A stretch of DNA of 64,000 nucleotides from Eledone cirrhosa (GCA_964016885.1 OZ024740.1:263314001-263378000), one strand, 5' to 3'; shown: positions 13,201 through 26,971, numbered from the stretch's first letter. A program made the numbers and translations. The notes: a model not told the origin generated them from the letters alone.

Positions 13201-13985
13201 GCCAATTAATTTCCTCACCGCATTTGCTGTTGCTTTGAGGATATTGTTGCACTGGTGAAGGCTCCTCGCCTCAAGGTATGGGATGACTTTGTTTACCTTA
13301 GCTGATGTTTCTTTTAACTTTTTCCTGTCTACAAATCTTAGGTTCATAGGTTTCCCACTATCATTGTTCAATTCATCTACCACTAAGTTTAGTATATCAA
13401 CCAAATCTTGTTCTAGCCCGTCAGCATTCATCTCCTCAATGGCCGTATCTTTGTTCCAGGTATTATTTATTTCAGCATTCAGATTAGTGTCTGCTTCGGA
13501 TGGTTCCTTCGTTCTTTCAACCTCTTCACCTTCATTTCCCACTGACTCGTTTGCCTGGCATTGTCCACTCTCCATTTCCAACATAATCTCTCTGCTCAGT
13601 TCCTCTAGTTCCAGCTCGCTTATCCACCCATTAGTTCTTATTACCCGAGCCTGCCCGGCCAATTTTTGTTCATCTAATTTAAATAGACCAATCTCGTTCC
13701 AGATGTTATGCATCCGTTTTCTATAGCCTTTTCCCTTGGGGTTACTCTTCAGGTAACATTGCATAACAGTTCTATTCAATTCTTTCGTCCAGTTGGTTCT
13801 GGTCCCTTTCCTTCTTCTTCTTCCTCCGACACCAGCAGTATTTGGTTGACAGCCAGGTCCCTGCTGCTGAGCCAGGCAGCACCTGCTGGGTAAGAGTCTG
13901 TCACATGACATTCCAGTCTCCACTTCACCGTTATTCGAACTGTTTAGGTTCGACATTTAAACACTCTTGTCGAGGATTGGTGAAC
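10278..13985 (-). mobile_element. R4/Dong-clade RLE non-LTR retrotransposon, near full length, frameshifted (copy 2)
   Basis: N-terminal WTKELN..MQCY..GYRKRMHNIW; NWKSAGPDGVQGYW; [28 protein letters not shown]; FQGDSLS..LLFMDD; CRIW..HIVSEC..RH; RPDLVV..IVDVACPFD..K..RY; 3' end runs into (AAT)n. Confidence 0.95.
12250..12428 (-). mobile_element. SINE inserted into the RT of Dong copy 2, 10 bp TSD
   Basis: TSD cagacataat at 12240-12249 and 12428-12437; removing the SINE restores RPITCLSVMCKLLTSIMSEEFY. Confidence 0.93.
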
Positions 13986-14146
13986 GCATGGCTACATAAC
14001 CACCGGTGATTTCATCACCCCCGGTGATTTTAGTGTGGCACTATCACGCTGTAGACGAACATAAATAAACAAACAAACAAATAGATTTACAAAAAAACAA
14101 AAAAGAATAAGCATAAGTTTCATTGTAATGTAATGTTTGAATGTCT

Positions 14147-15783
14147 GACGAACTAGGATGCGGAAGATCCGTGTCAGCATATGCGGACGATGTACCGTAG
14201 TGGTGTCGAACGCCAAACACATCGAGGCGATCGGCACTACACTAAGAGAATACGAAGCGGTGACAGGAGCAATGATCAATCAGCAAAAGTCAGTGGGCCT
14301 GCAGCTCGGTACCTGGAGAGGCAGGTCCATGCCGTCCAACAGCGTTGTTGGGCGCAGGATGGACGGCCCGGTTAAATTGTTCGGGGTCTGGTTCGGTCCG
14401 GACCTCCAGACGGACAAAAATTGGGCAAGGTGACGATCAGGGGGCTTCTCTCACCCAGAAACGGGCTGAGAGGAAGCTATGCCTGAAAGGTCGAGCGGAG
14501 GTGGCTAACGCGTGCATCGCGGCCGTCATCTACTACCGCCTGGCCGTCGTACCTTGGCCTGACTGCGCTGGAGCGTTTGCTCTTTCGCTTTTTGTGGAAG
14601 GGACTCGCTCCGATGGTCAGGCGGTCCATCTGCTGTCAACACCCGCTACGTGGAGGGCTTGGCATGCCGTGGCTGATGATGCGCAGAGACGCGCTCAGGC
14701 TATGATATCTCCACCTCTTCCTCGACGGTGATCAGGTGTGGTCGCCGTTTGCTAGACGCCACTTTCTCCAGCTCGTCTCCTTGACGGAGCTGCAGTCCTG
14801 GGTCAAGCGAAGACCGAGGGAGAGTTTGGAGACTGGAATGTCTTCAGGCGTCACAGCCCTCGACCAATCGGGTAATGTGATCGGTGGAAACTCCAACTCG
14901 GCGTTTTATAGAGGATTAATGGAGGGGAAGAGCGACGATGTACTTAGGGAAACTCTAGGCGTCGACGAATATCAACTAGCCAATCTCTTCGGAAGAACTT
15001 TCGGGCCGGAGCCTATGGACAACTTTCAGAAATCCCTGGCCTGGCAGTGATACCGAGGAGCTTTGCCAATTCGGGATAAACTCTACAGGCATGGAGGTGC
15101 CGTCAGCCGGGCATGTCCGAGATGCGCGCAGGGCGACGAAACCGTCCTGTACGCACTAGTCCAATATCTGAGGATTGCTGACTTGTGGGTTTATGTCGAA
15201 CACCTGCTTTCGCGTGTCGGACGGATCCGGCTATCAGCTGAGTCCATCGTGAGGATTGGTCCGCCCTCTTACTTTAGCCGAGAAGGGCAGGGAGTTTTTA
15301 ATATGTCCTGTGGCCATGGCAAAAGAGATAATATGGTGGACACATTTTAAAGGGCTGAAGACGATCACTTATTTCTTCGGTGATACCCTAATTAACTTTT
15401 TCAAATTTCATTTGAAAAGGAAAATCAGTGTAGAGAGGGAAGTGCTCTCTTCCCAGCATTTTGTTGAAAGATGGGTGAGAGAAGCAAGAATAGCTCGAGT
15501 GATTGGGCCTACTCTGAGTATGTGTCTGTAAATTACAGGTAGTAACTCTGTGAGAGGGCACTTGCCCTGGTGGTGAGGGTTACTGTGGTCTTTTAATGGG
15601 CTCTCTCCACAAATGTCCCTCGGAAGTCTCCCCCCTATTGGGGAATTTTTTTCATTGTTATTTTTTGTTACATCCTCTGTTTTTGTTTTTTACACGCAGA
15701 AATGCCCATTTGTACCGTCCTGTATTGTCCTGTACTGTCCTTAATGTCTACTTTATCTAAACCCTTGTGGTTAATAAAGAAAG

Positions 15784-15818
<35 letters not shown>
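14147..15818 (+). mobile_element. Tx1/L1-clade LINE, 5'-truncated, decayed
   Basis: YEAVTGAMINQQKS..L.LKGRA..GGLG; LPIRDKL..CPRC...ETV zinc-binding region; 3' UTR, aataaa and (ATT)n. Confidence 0.9.
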
Positions 15819-15819
<1 letters not shown>

Positions 15820-15839
15820 GCCTCTAAACTGAAGCTGGA

Positions 15840-16081
15840 AAACTGGGAGAGGGCACTTGCCCTGGTGGTCAGGGTCACCGTGGCTTTTTTCATGGGTTTT
15901 CTCCAGGATGGCCCTCGGAAGTCTCCCCCCTATTGGGAATTTTTCATTGTTTTTTTTTTTTGTTACATCCTCTATTTTTTTGTTTTTTTACACGCAGAAA
16001 TGCCCATTTGTACCGTCCTGTTTTGTCATGTAATGCCCTTAATGACTACTTTGAGTAAACGCTGTGGTTAATAAAGAAAGC

Positions 16082-16132
<51 letters not shown>
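15840..16132 (+). mobile_element. Tx1-type 3' UTR-only copy with (ATT)n tail
   Basis: Close repeat of ~15553-15818. Confidence 0.9.
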
Positions 16133-19100
16133 GAATGCCATGGTAGACAGAGGCTCGGCTCTGTAAGGTATTGTAATTTTTAACCTTTATAACAATTGTA
16201 AATTGTTTAAAACTTGAACCAAATTGTCAACAAAGACACCCTGCTCCTCATGAGAGGGGTCTTTCTGGCCGTTATTTGTCCCTCGGGGTTAAATAACCAG
16301 TTATTGGGGATTTGTGCCCAATATTCATTTTAAACCGTAAAAAGACATGGCTACAAAAAAGAATTTTCACAAGTCACTCCCACTCCTTCCGTCTTCTTCC
16401 CAAATCGTCATTACGTCAGAGAAAATATTGTCTCTCTTCCTCCATTCTCTAAATGTGGTGTCGCCTCTGACGCCTCTTTCGCAAGCGACGCCATTAAAGA
16501 AAAAGAAAAATGTAGTTTCTAGTAGCGTTCTTCATCAAGAGAACACGCGTACCGTTGAACATTTCTCCACGACGACAACAACGAAAGATGTGTGCGGTAA
16601 ATACGGAAAAGTAATTTCAATCGTCTGACGTCATGAAGAATAGCAGCAGCAGCCGTAAAAACAGCAGCAGCAGCAACAGTGGCGAGGGAAATACTTGTAG
16701 CATCTGCAACAACACCAGCACCGGCATAAACAACAACAGCATCAGCAACAACAACAACAACAATAACAACAGCAACAGCGGCGGCGGCGGTCGTAGTGCC
16801 AACATCAACAACAAAAGTAGCAGCAGCTCTGACGACAACAACAACAAGAAAGAAAAAACAATCTCGTTTGCAGGTATCGCAAAGAACCTGGAAACCATCC
16901 TTGTAACAAATGAGGAATTACGGGAAGCAAGGAAGATGGTGACGAAAATCGGACACCGAGCAATCTGCAAGGCAGCCGAAGAATTTTTCAAAACCTAACA
17001 GCATTGTACGGTCACGTACCGTACAGTAAGGACAAAATCACGTACGGTTTAAAGCGCCACAGAGGCTCAAGTACAAAAAGCCTTAGGGTCTGTAGCAGCG
17101 GAAAATGCATATCACCCGAGGCAAGAAATATGGCACCATGGACGTGCTTTTTGCCACACCCCAGGAGGCAAAGTCTCAATCCTTAGTAACCCTAAGGAGC
17201 GAGGAAATGGTGTTGGTTCCCTCCTACTGCGGACAAAAAATTGTGAGGGTCAAACTGACCCAAGTCCCCCCCCCCCCATTGGTTGGCCATACTGCAAGTA
17301 CAGAAAAAAGTACGAGAAGATTGTGTCGGCGCCTCCATGTAGATGTTAATTCAAACCGACCAGGAGTGCATCGAAGCTATCCCGGATGTGATAGACTTCT
17401 ATAACGGCACTCAACTTCCCATAAGTGTTGACGGCAAACCCAGAAATGCTTTCGCTGCGGGTCGAAGACTCACCTCAGTGCCTTCTCCAATGAGAAGACC
17501 CTGAGAAAGGAGAAAACACCCCTCCTTCTGAAACCGGCTCCACTGCTACCAGCAACAGAATAGGCGACAATCAGGAAGGATAGGTCCGTGGCACCCATAG
17601 CCACGCCACGGAAATCAAGAACAGCAGCAGCAGTGGAAGTATTAACAACAACAACAGTAATACCTGCTGCAGCTGCAACAGAGACTCCACTGCAACAATC
17701 AGCAACAAGAACAGGTGAAAGAATGGAGCTGGTACCCCTCCCCGACCTCACATAATCGGACATGGAGTGTGAGGTGGGAGAGGGATGGCAAAAGTTTGCA
17801 AGAAGGCACAAATGCAGAAGCAGCGCATCGTCGCCTTCGAAAAAAGGGGGGGGGGGAATGAAAAAGGGGTGAAGGCTACTGCAAAGAGACTTACAGGAGC
17901 AAAACTACCAACACCATCACCACCCACACTAGCACTACCATCACCACCGGCGGCAACCCCACCGCCAACAACAACAACACCACCACAAGCACCAACATTG
18001 CAAACACAACCAGAAAACACACACACCCAGCAACAACAATAAGAAAATAGCAGAACCACACCACACCCCCAGAAAAAGAAATGCACAGCAATAAATACAC
18101 ACAACAAGAAACTAATGATTTACATAATTGAACACACAGACATTTCACAGCACGACTACATAATACCAGGACCAATCAAAACACCAATGAACATAAGACT
18201 GGTAAGAATATCACGAACATAAGACTGGTAAGAATATCACAGAAACAATACACAAACATTAAAATGAAATTCCCCAACGTAGTTGGTGATTTCACAGACC
18301 TAGGAGAGACACTCAACCGGAGAGTATACAAGAACCGACGCGCAGCCGAAGGGACGATTCAACGTAAGTGATCCTTTCTCACTTGCCCCGTTCCTCACCC
18401 AACATGGCCGTATTCATGATCGAAAGTGTAAACGTGCGTGGCTTGAGCTCGGGTTGGAAGAAGGGTCACTTTCTTAACGACCTCAGGTCACTAAACATAG
18501 ATGTGGAGGCCATCAGCGAGACGAGAATCTCCGAAACGCACGCTTTCGCACCGATCTTCCACGGTTACGAGGTGTACGCATCTCCGAGCCGTCCGTGAAC
18601 GGGGGGCGGAGTGGCTGTGTTGTTTCGCAAAGGCTTGAGTCTCGCCATACGGACCATCTTCCTGGACCCAGAATGTAAGTCGGTGGTGCTGGACGTAAGC
18701 GGAACCGAAGACAACGCTTTGAGGCTAGTAGCCGTCTATGCCCCGAAGCTGGGATTGTGTGGGGCTAGTGGATAGGCGAGGAGGGTGCAAGAGATCACCA
18801 ACCTGTGCAGACGATTTGAACTGTCTGACAGGTATCGACTGGATCACCCGAATGTGCCAATGTGGACATGGACAAACCTCATCGGGTTATCCAGATCGTA
18901 TCTCGATAGGGTATTCTGTAGAGATCTAGATAAGGCTAGTATAAGTTGTCCACCATTTAAAATAGTCGACTACACAGACCACAAATTTGTGATCTGTGAG
19001 ATCGACATGGACAGACTTCATAGACAAGGACCCGGTTACCGGAAGCTGAACACATCTTTCCCGGCGTGCATAGACTACAGAGACCGGATTAGCGTATTAG

Positions 19101-21749
19101 TTAAGCGGGAGTTGACGGGAGCGGTCGTCAACAACAGGTGGTGGTTAGCCCTGAAAAGGGCTATTAAAGAAGAGTCGATTAGGTTTAGCAAAGTACTAGA
19201 GATAGAGAAAAATAGAGTAGAGGGAGAGCTAGTCAGAAAGCTAGAAGAGGCGTTTAGGACAGGCCTCGCAACCGACGTGCTTGCGGCGAGATAGGCACTC
19301 GACCAATTCTTCAACGCAAAACACGAAGTCTGCGTTGTCAGAGCTAGAGCGCGTGCATTGCAACACGAGGGGACAAAAGACGTCCAATGGGCCGGGTGGA
19401 AGAGGCGCGACGTGGCAACAAAGCCACAATTCGGTCTTTGTCTGACCAAAACGGGTGCGTGATGCTCGAAACCGAGCGGATGTGTGAAGCTTTTCAGCAG
19501 CACTTTGCTGAACTGTTCTGGAGCAGCGACTGGCCGGTTAGGTGTATGGACTTCAATGCATACATCGACGGACTGCCTCGGCTCTCGACGACCGCAGCAC
19601 AGTGTTGCAAAAAGCCAATAACATACGGTGAAATACAGGAAGCGATGCTAAATGCACGAGGGATAAATCGCTAGGTTCGGATGGTCTGCACTACGAGCTT
19701 TATGCATTTATGCCAGACTTGTTCGGTGACCTCTTGGCAGACCTCTACTGCAACTGGCAGCAGAACAGGAGCATTCCCAGTTTTGTGAGCCGGGAAGCGG
19801 TGGCGCTGCTGAGAAAAGACCCGAACAAGGGGTTGTCATAATCCAGCTAATCTTAGAGTTCAAGATTTTGGCAAAGGAGTTAGCAACGAGGTTGGCGCTT
19901 GTTGTCAAGGGTCTGGGGGGGGGGGGGAGACGCAGACATGCGCAAGTCGGGGCAGATCCATACAGGATAATCTCCACCTCATGCGATACATCATATAGAG
20001 GGTGGTTAAGGAATCTGGCACGGATGGGGCCCTGATCAACTTGGATCAATCCAAAGTAGTTGATAGGATCGACCATCGGTACCTGGCGGCGCTCCTAGAG
20101 GCAGCGGGTTTCGGGCCTGTTTTCAGGGGTTGGATCGCTGCGATGTACAGCGACATCTGCTCAGTTGTGAGGATGAACGGTCACCTGTCGCAGCCGTTCA
20201 GCGTCATGCGCTTGGTCTGCCAGGGTTGTCCCCTCTCGTCCCTCTTGTACGTATTGGCTCTCGAACCGTTACTGCACAAACTGCGGTCGATGAGGGACGT
20301 CCCACGCGAACTAGGATGCGGTAAATCCAAGTCGTCTTACGCCGATGATTTCACCTTGGTGGTGTCGAGCACCAGACACCTACAGATGCTTAGCACCGCT
20401 CTCAAGGAATACGAAGCGGTGACAGGAACAAAGATAAACCAGGAAAAATCGGTGGGCTTGCAGCTCGGCACCTAGAGAGGCAAGTCCATGTCGTCCGACA
20501 GCGTTGTGGAGCGTTGGACGGACGGACCGATTAAATTGCTCGAGTTCGGGTTTGGACTAGACCACCAGATGGAGAAAAACTGGAGCGAGGTGACGAGCAA
20601 GGTGGCCTCCCTCACCCATAAATGGGCCGAGAGGAAACTGTCCCTGAAAGGCCGGGTGGGGGTGGCGAATGCCTACATCGCATCCGCCATTTCCTACCGC
20701 CTCACTGTCATCCCTTGCTCGGCCCAACTCTCACCAAAATGGAACGCCTCCTCTTCCGCTTTATGTGCAAGGGACGCGCTCCCATGTTCAGACGATCCAT
20801 CTGCTGTCAACACCCGTTGCGTAGAGGACTGGGCATGCCATGGCTGTTGATGCGCAAACATGCACTGAGGCTGTGGCATCTCTGGTGCTTCCTTGACGAT
20901 GAACAGGTGTGGTCGCTGTTCGCCAGGCACGTTTACCCACAGCTTGTCTCCTTGACGGAGCTGCCGTCCTGGGTCAAGAAAAGAGCGAGGGATAGCGCTT
21001 GGAAACTGGACCGTCTCAAGGCGCTCACTGCCCTCTGCCAGCTGGGCACCAGTATCGGTTTACATCCACCTCGGCGTTCTATAGAGGACTAGTAGAGGGG
21101 AAGACGACGTTCTCGGAGAGATCCTGGGCGTCGAAGAAGATCAGCTATTTGCTCTCTCCCGGAGTACTTTCAGCCCAGGGCCTATGGATAACTTCCAAAA
21201 ATCCCTGGCCTGGCAGTGCTACCGGGGAACGTTGCCGGTTCGAGATAAGCTCTACAGGCACGGAAGTGCCATCAGCCGAGCCTGTCTGAGATGCGCGCAG
21301 AGCGACGAAACCGTCGTGCGCTCACTCGTTCAGTGCCCGAGCATTGCTGACTTGTGGAGCTATGTCAAACAGTTGTTGTCGCGTGTAGGACTAATCCGGT
21401 TATCGACTGAATCCATTGTGCAGATGGTCTCGTACATCTTCCTTCGAGGAGGAAGGGCAGGCGGTTTTCATCTGCCTGGTGGCCATGGCGAAAGAGATTG
21501 TGTGGTGGACAAGGTTGAAAGGCTTAAAGACAGACACTTTCCTCTTCGGCGAATCCCTAATTAACTTTTTCAAGTTTCACTTGAAGAGGAAAATCAGAGT
21601 GGAGAGGCAAGTGCTGCCTTCTAGCAAGTTTGTTGAAAGGTGGGTGAATGTAGCGAGAATGGTCCGAGTGAACGGGACCGCTCTGAATATACGCCTGTAG
21701 TTTGAGAAATGGAAAAATTGATAGAGGGCGCTTGTCCTGGTGGTCGGGT
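16133..21749 (+). mobile_element. near full-length Tx1/L1-clade LINE, disrupted (ORF1 ~16347-18040, ORF2 ~18404-21700)
   Basis: ORF1 with CFRCGSKTH knuckle (~17446) and low-complexity tracts; ORF2 APE (SVNVRGL, ISETRI, SYLDRVF, YTDHK), RT (LDQSK..D, QGCPLS, YADD) and C-terminal CLRC..ETV; begins directly after an (ATT)n tract. Confidence 0.92.
18189..18240 (+). repeat. 26 bp tandem duplication
   Basis: gaacataagactggtaagaatatcac x2. Confidence 0.9.
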
Positions 21750-24043
21750 AGCAGAACGGGACCATTCCCAGTTTTGTGAGCCAGAGAGAAGTATGGCTGC
21801 TGAGAAAATAGACGAACAAGGGGGATTTTATCGATAATTTCAGGCCCATAACACTGCTAATCGCAGAGTTCAAGATTTTGGCCAAGGTGTTAGCAACTAG
21901 GTTGGCGTTTCCGTCAAGGGTCTGGTGGGAGAGGCGCAGACATGCGCCATTCCGGACAGATCCATACACGACAACCTCCACCTCATGCGATTTATCATAG
22001 AGAGGGTGGTTAAGGAACCTGGCAAGGGTGGGGCCCTGATCAACTTGGATCAATCCAAAGCATTCGATAGGGTCGACCATCGGTACCCGGCGGCGGTCCT
22101 GGAAGCAGCCGGTTTTGGGCCCGTTTTCAGGGGTTGGATCACAGCAATGTACAGCGACATCTGCTCAGTTGTGAGGGTGAACGGTCACCTGTCGCAGCCG
22201 TTCAGGATCATGCGCTCAGTCCGCCAGGGTTGTCCCCTCTCGTCCCTCTTGTACGTATTGGCTCTCGAGCCGTTACTGCACAAACTGGGGGCGATGAGGG
22301 GCGTCCCACGCGAACTAGGATGCGGGAAATCCGAGTCGGCTTACGCTGACGACGTCCCCGTGGTGGTGTCGAGCACCAGACACGTCCAGATGCTCGGCAA
22401 CGCTCTCAAGGAATACGAAGAGGTGACAGGAGCAAAGATAAACCAGGAAAAGTCGGTGGGCTTGCAGCTCGGCATCTGGAGATGGAAGTCCATGCCGTCC
22501 GACAGCGTCGTGGGGCGTTGGACGGACGCACTGGTTAAATTGCCCGGGGTCTGGTTCGGACCGGACCTCCAGATGGAGAAAAACTGGAACGAGGTGACGA
22601 GCAGGGTGGCCTCCCTCACCCAGAAATGGGCCGAGAGGAAGCTGTCTCTGAAAGGCCGGGCGAAGGTGGCGAAAGCGGACAACGTATCTGTCATCTGCTA
22701 CCTCCTCACCGTCGTCCCTTGCTCCAACACAACTCTCACCAAAATGGAACGCCTCCTCTTCCGCTTTTTGTGGAAGGGACGCGCTCCCATGGTCAGACGA
22801 TCCATCTGCTGTCAACACCCGTTGCGTGGAGGACTGGGCATGCCATGGCTGATGATGTGCAAATATGCGCTGAGGTTGCGACAACTCTGGTGCCTCCTTG
22901 ATGGTGAACAGGTGTGATCGCTGTTCGCCAGGCACGTTTACCCACAGCTCGTCTCCTTGACGGAGCTGCAGTCCTCGGTCAGAAAAAAACCGAGGGATAG
23001 CGCTTGGAAACTGGAATGTCTCCAGGCGCTCACTCCCCTCTGCCAACTGGGCACCAGTATAGGTGGAACATCGACGTCGGTGTTCTATAGAGGACTAGTG
23101 GAGGGGAAGAGCGACGACATTCTCGGAGAGATCCTGGGCGTCGAAGAAGATCATCTGTTTGCTCTCTTCCGGAGTACTTTGAGCCCAGGGCCTATGGATA
23201 ACTTCCAAAAATCCCTGGACTGGCAGTGCTACCGGTGAGCGCTGCGGTTCGAGATAATCTCTACAGGCACGGAAGTGCCGTCAGCCGAGCCTCTCCGAGA
23301 TGCGCGCAGAGCGACGAAACCGTCGTGCACACACTCGTTCAGTGCCCGAGCATTGCTGACTTGTGGAGCTATGTCGAACGGTTGCTGTCGCGTGTAGGAC
23401 TGATCCGGTTGTCGACTGAGTCCATTGTGCAGACGGTCTCGCCGTCTTCCTTCGAGGAGGAAGGGCAGGCGGTTTTCATCTTCCTGGTGGCCATGGCAAA
23501 AGAGATTGTGTGGTTGACAAGGTTAAAAGGGTTAAAGTCAGACACTTTCCTCTTCGACGAATCCCTAATTAACTTTTTCAAGTTTCACTTGAAGAGGAAA
23601 ATCAGGGTGGAGAGGCAAGTGCTGCTTTCTAGCAAGTTTGTTGAAAGGTGGGTGAATGTAGCCAGAATGGGCCGAGTGAATGAGACCACTCTGAATATAC
23701 GTCTGTAGGAGGGCGCTTGCCTTGGTGGTCAGGGTGGCCGTGGTCTTTTGTGTGGTTTTCGCCACGAGTAATCCTCGGAGGTTTCCCCCCTATTGGGGAA
23801 TCTTTCATTGTTTCAATTTTCGTTTTATTGTTTATATATAAAATATGTTTCTATGTCCTTTTTTTTTTCTTTTCTTATATAAATAATAAAAATCTTTACA
23901 CGCACAAAACCCACATCGTACCGTCATGTACCGTCCTGTGCTGTCTGTAATGTTTTTCTTGATGTCAGCCCTTGTGGCCAATAAAGAAATCATTATCATT
24001 ATTATTATTATTATTATTGTTATTATTATTATTATTATTATTA
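21750..24043 (+). mobile_element. Tx1/L1-clade LINE, 5'-truncated at the RT start, in tandem with the previous copy
   Basis: 330 aa ORF 21925-22917 with LDQSKAFDRVDH, SVRQGCPLS, YADD; 3' UTR and (ATT)n at ~23990-24043. Confidence 0.93.
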
Positions 24044-24173
24044 TGTATAGATATATGTGTGTGTAGGATTAGTTTTACCGTTCATCCTTACGGTAGAGAA
24101 AATGTAAATAGAAACGGAAAACAAGAGGCCTAATTAGTAGAACATATCCTTTTGTTGAAAAAAAAAACTGCAC

Positions 24174-24731
24174 TGTTAGAACATATAGAGTCTGCAAAAT
24201 AACTGCAAATATTAACTGCAAATCTAGGGACATAGTATATATCATAAAAGGGACAGTATAGAAATAGGAACACGAATTATATATGTAGCATAGGAGAAAG
24301 AATAAATGAACACTGGCGAAAACTCCACCAACATTGCAGAATGGAAAATAGATAGCACACTCAAAAGCAGAGGAGTAGAAATCATATCCACACCCACATT
24401 ACAGACGGATTACAGAAGCGACAAAACATAAACATACTTCAACCAAACTTAAACAGGAAACCTGAGTGGATTAGCAACAACATCGAAATTAGTAACTTAG
24501 TAAAAGATAAAAACATACAGAGACACACAACAACCAAACTAATAAAACAAACCAGGCACACAGAAAGAACAAGCAACCAGGTTGTGACAAGAAAATAAAC
24601 GTATAAATAAACACACAGACACCCACATTGATAAAACGCAAGCGCACCCCAAGTACAGAGCGCACAGCTCACAGCTCGCAAGAACAAATGGGTGTGTTTT
24701 TATGGGCAGTATAACCTTCCCCAAAACAATA
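24174..24731 (+). mobile_element. LTR-like dispersed repeat (family of 5026-5518)
   Basis: Shares tagcataggagaaag.ataaatgaacactg and gtgtgtttttatgggcag.at with the reverse complement of 28985-29550; the 5' boundary (tgttagaa) is a guess. Confidence 0.55.
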
Positions 24732-25059
24732 GGTTACTAGATTATAGGCGCCATTATTTTACATAGAAAGGAATTCTAAACACTAGAACTGTTTCATTCA
24801 CATGTAATCATTAAAAATATCGTAAAAATCTTAGTCAAATTCGTTATTTATGAATTTCTTTGGAATGGATGTTGAGCGAGTGAGACGGAAGCGAATAAAG
24901 AAAGGATAGGCGAAAATTGTGATTGCAGGAGACCTCTATTTCAACATATTACTCTCTCACTCGCTGTTCCATTCGTAATAAATTATCCTGGTTATTTCTT
25001 ACGATTGAAAGATTTCTAGTCCTGTAGAAATCATTTATATAATAAAAGCAATATACGTA

Positions 25060-25790
25060 TCCAGTGCAGCCGGGCCTCAGACAGGCTAACTTGCCAGATC
25101 GACCAGCACTGCCTTGCCTGTTTTCGCGCGGCCTCCAAACCCCGCAGTATTGCCTGGCTCCATGCCTTGCCGTCCTTCTCCACTGGTACGCAGCTGGATA
25201 ACGATAGCCTGCACATCGGCGTTTCCTTGAGGCTTGGCCTCCGGATCTGCGAGTCACACAAATGTCACTGTGGATCCATCGTCGATTCTTTCGGCCTCCG
25301 ACTGCTTTCCTGTCGCAACAGTTCCGGCCGCCTTCCACGCTATGTTGCCCTCAATGAAGTCATAAAGCATGGCTTGGATGCTGCAGGCGGGACGGCAAAA
25401 AGCCAGACGGCAGGACCATCTTCCCGTTCCGCGGTGGCAAACTCCTCGTCTGAGATGCCCCTTGTAGCGAGCATTTCTCCAGCCGCAACCTGATGAAGTC
25501 TGCGACTAACCCAGGTTCTGCTGCACGTCAAGCTGAGGAGGCCTATCTCTCTATGTACCGGGCGCTCTCTGACAGGTTCGCGGTTGTGCTCTAGGCAGCG
25601 GAGACTTCCAGTGACCTTGCCCATTGGGCTACCTCCCTACTCACCACCATAGGCGCTGAGCTGGCCAGTCGCAGGTGTGAGCCTCTCGAGTTAGAATGGC
25701 TCATCCAGTGCATCTCCCTTACTATCCTCCGGGGGAAACGCCTTCTCCATTATGTCCGCCTGTGGGGAGGCCAGCACGTGGGACCCCATT
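25060..25790 (+). mobile_element. CRE-clade RLE non-LTR retrotransposon 3' fragment
   Basis: AWLHALPS..GTQLDND..LRLGL..C.CG..VD..G...LSC...GR..R...LN; KPDG.T..P...GK.L; ISLTILRGNA. Confidence 0.75.
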
Positions 25791-26015
25791 TGCTCACCAT
25801 ACGGAAAGATGGGGAGGGCGAGAGAGATAGAGGCGATGACAGTGGGAGTTTGACTCTTCCACGTTCGGACCACATCCTTGCGGTTGTGTTCATCAAGCCC
25901 TAGTGCAGTAATGAAATATATGTAAAAATAATTAATTATTACCAATTTAGAAGATAATTGTTATTCGTTAATATTATGGTTGTACTGTCCCTTGTGTAGT
26001 AGTCCAATACCCTAC

Positions 26016-26017
26016 TT

Positions 26018-26087
<70 letters not shown>

Positions 26088-26118
26088 CAGAGCAGCATCA
26101 GCAATAGAAGCAGCAGTA

Positions 26119-26158
<40 letters not shown>

Positions 26159-26192
26159 GTTATTATTATTATTATTATTAGTAGTAGTAGTG

Positions 26193-26244
<52 letters not shown>

Positions 26245-26287
26245 GAGCAGTAGCAGCTGTAGCATCATCAGCAATGGCAGCAGCAAC

Positions 26288-26324
<37 letters not shown>

Positions 26325-26447
26325 TCAGCAGAAGTAGTTGCAGCAACAGCAGTAGTAGTAGTAATATTAGTATAAGTAGTAGTAGTAGTAGTAGTAGTAG
26401 TAGCAGCAGCAGTAGCATCATCAGCAATCAGCAATGGCAGCAGCAGC

Positions 26448-26494
<47 letters not shown>

Positions 26495-26530
26495 CAGCAG
26501 TAGTAGTAGTAGTAGCAGCAGTAGTAGTAT
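26016..26530. repeat. compound (TAG)n/(CAG)n/(TAT)n trinucleotide array
   Basis: Direct inspection. Confidence 0.95.
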
Positions 26531-26787
26531 AATGATGGAGGGAACAAAAAGAATAGAAAACGGAAGAGCAAGAGTTGTAGGAAGAGGGGAAATCTTACCA
26601 AATACTAAACAATGTAGTGGTAGTAATGGGAACGACAATGTCTGATATCATCAATCATCATTATCAACTGCTGCAGCAGCATCACATTCATAAGCATCAT
26701 CATCATCACCATCATTATAATCACATCCATATATATACAGAATATGGATATATCACCCTCCGCATCACCATCATCATGATCAACTCC

Positions 26788-26835
<48 letters not shown>

Positions 26836-26845
26836 ATATATATAT

Positions 26846-26890
<45 letters not shown>

Positions 26891-26891
26891 A

Positions 26892-26971
<80 letters not shown>

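Noticed and set aside
24875-24965. 11 bp inverted repeat agcgagtgaga/tctcactcgct as a MITE
   Set aside because: Short, no TSD, and no second copy in the window.
24960-25040. GAAA..ctagTC ctgtag hammerhead 3' half (related to ~37970-37995)
   Set aside because: The CUGANGA box is unrecognisable; too decayed to call.
26012-26638. Poly-L/T/Y/V ORFs
   Set aside because: Trinucleotide repeat array; no coding evidence.
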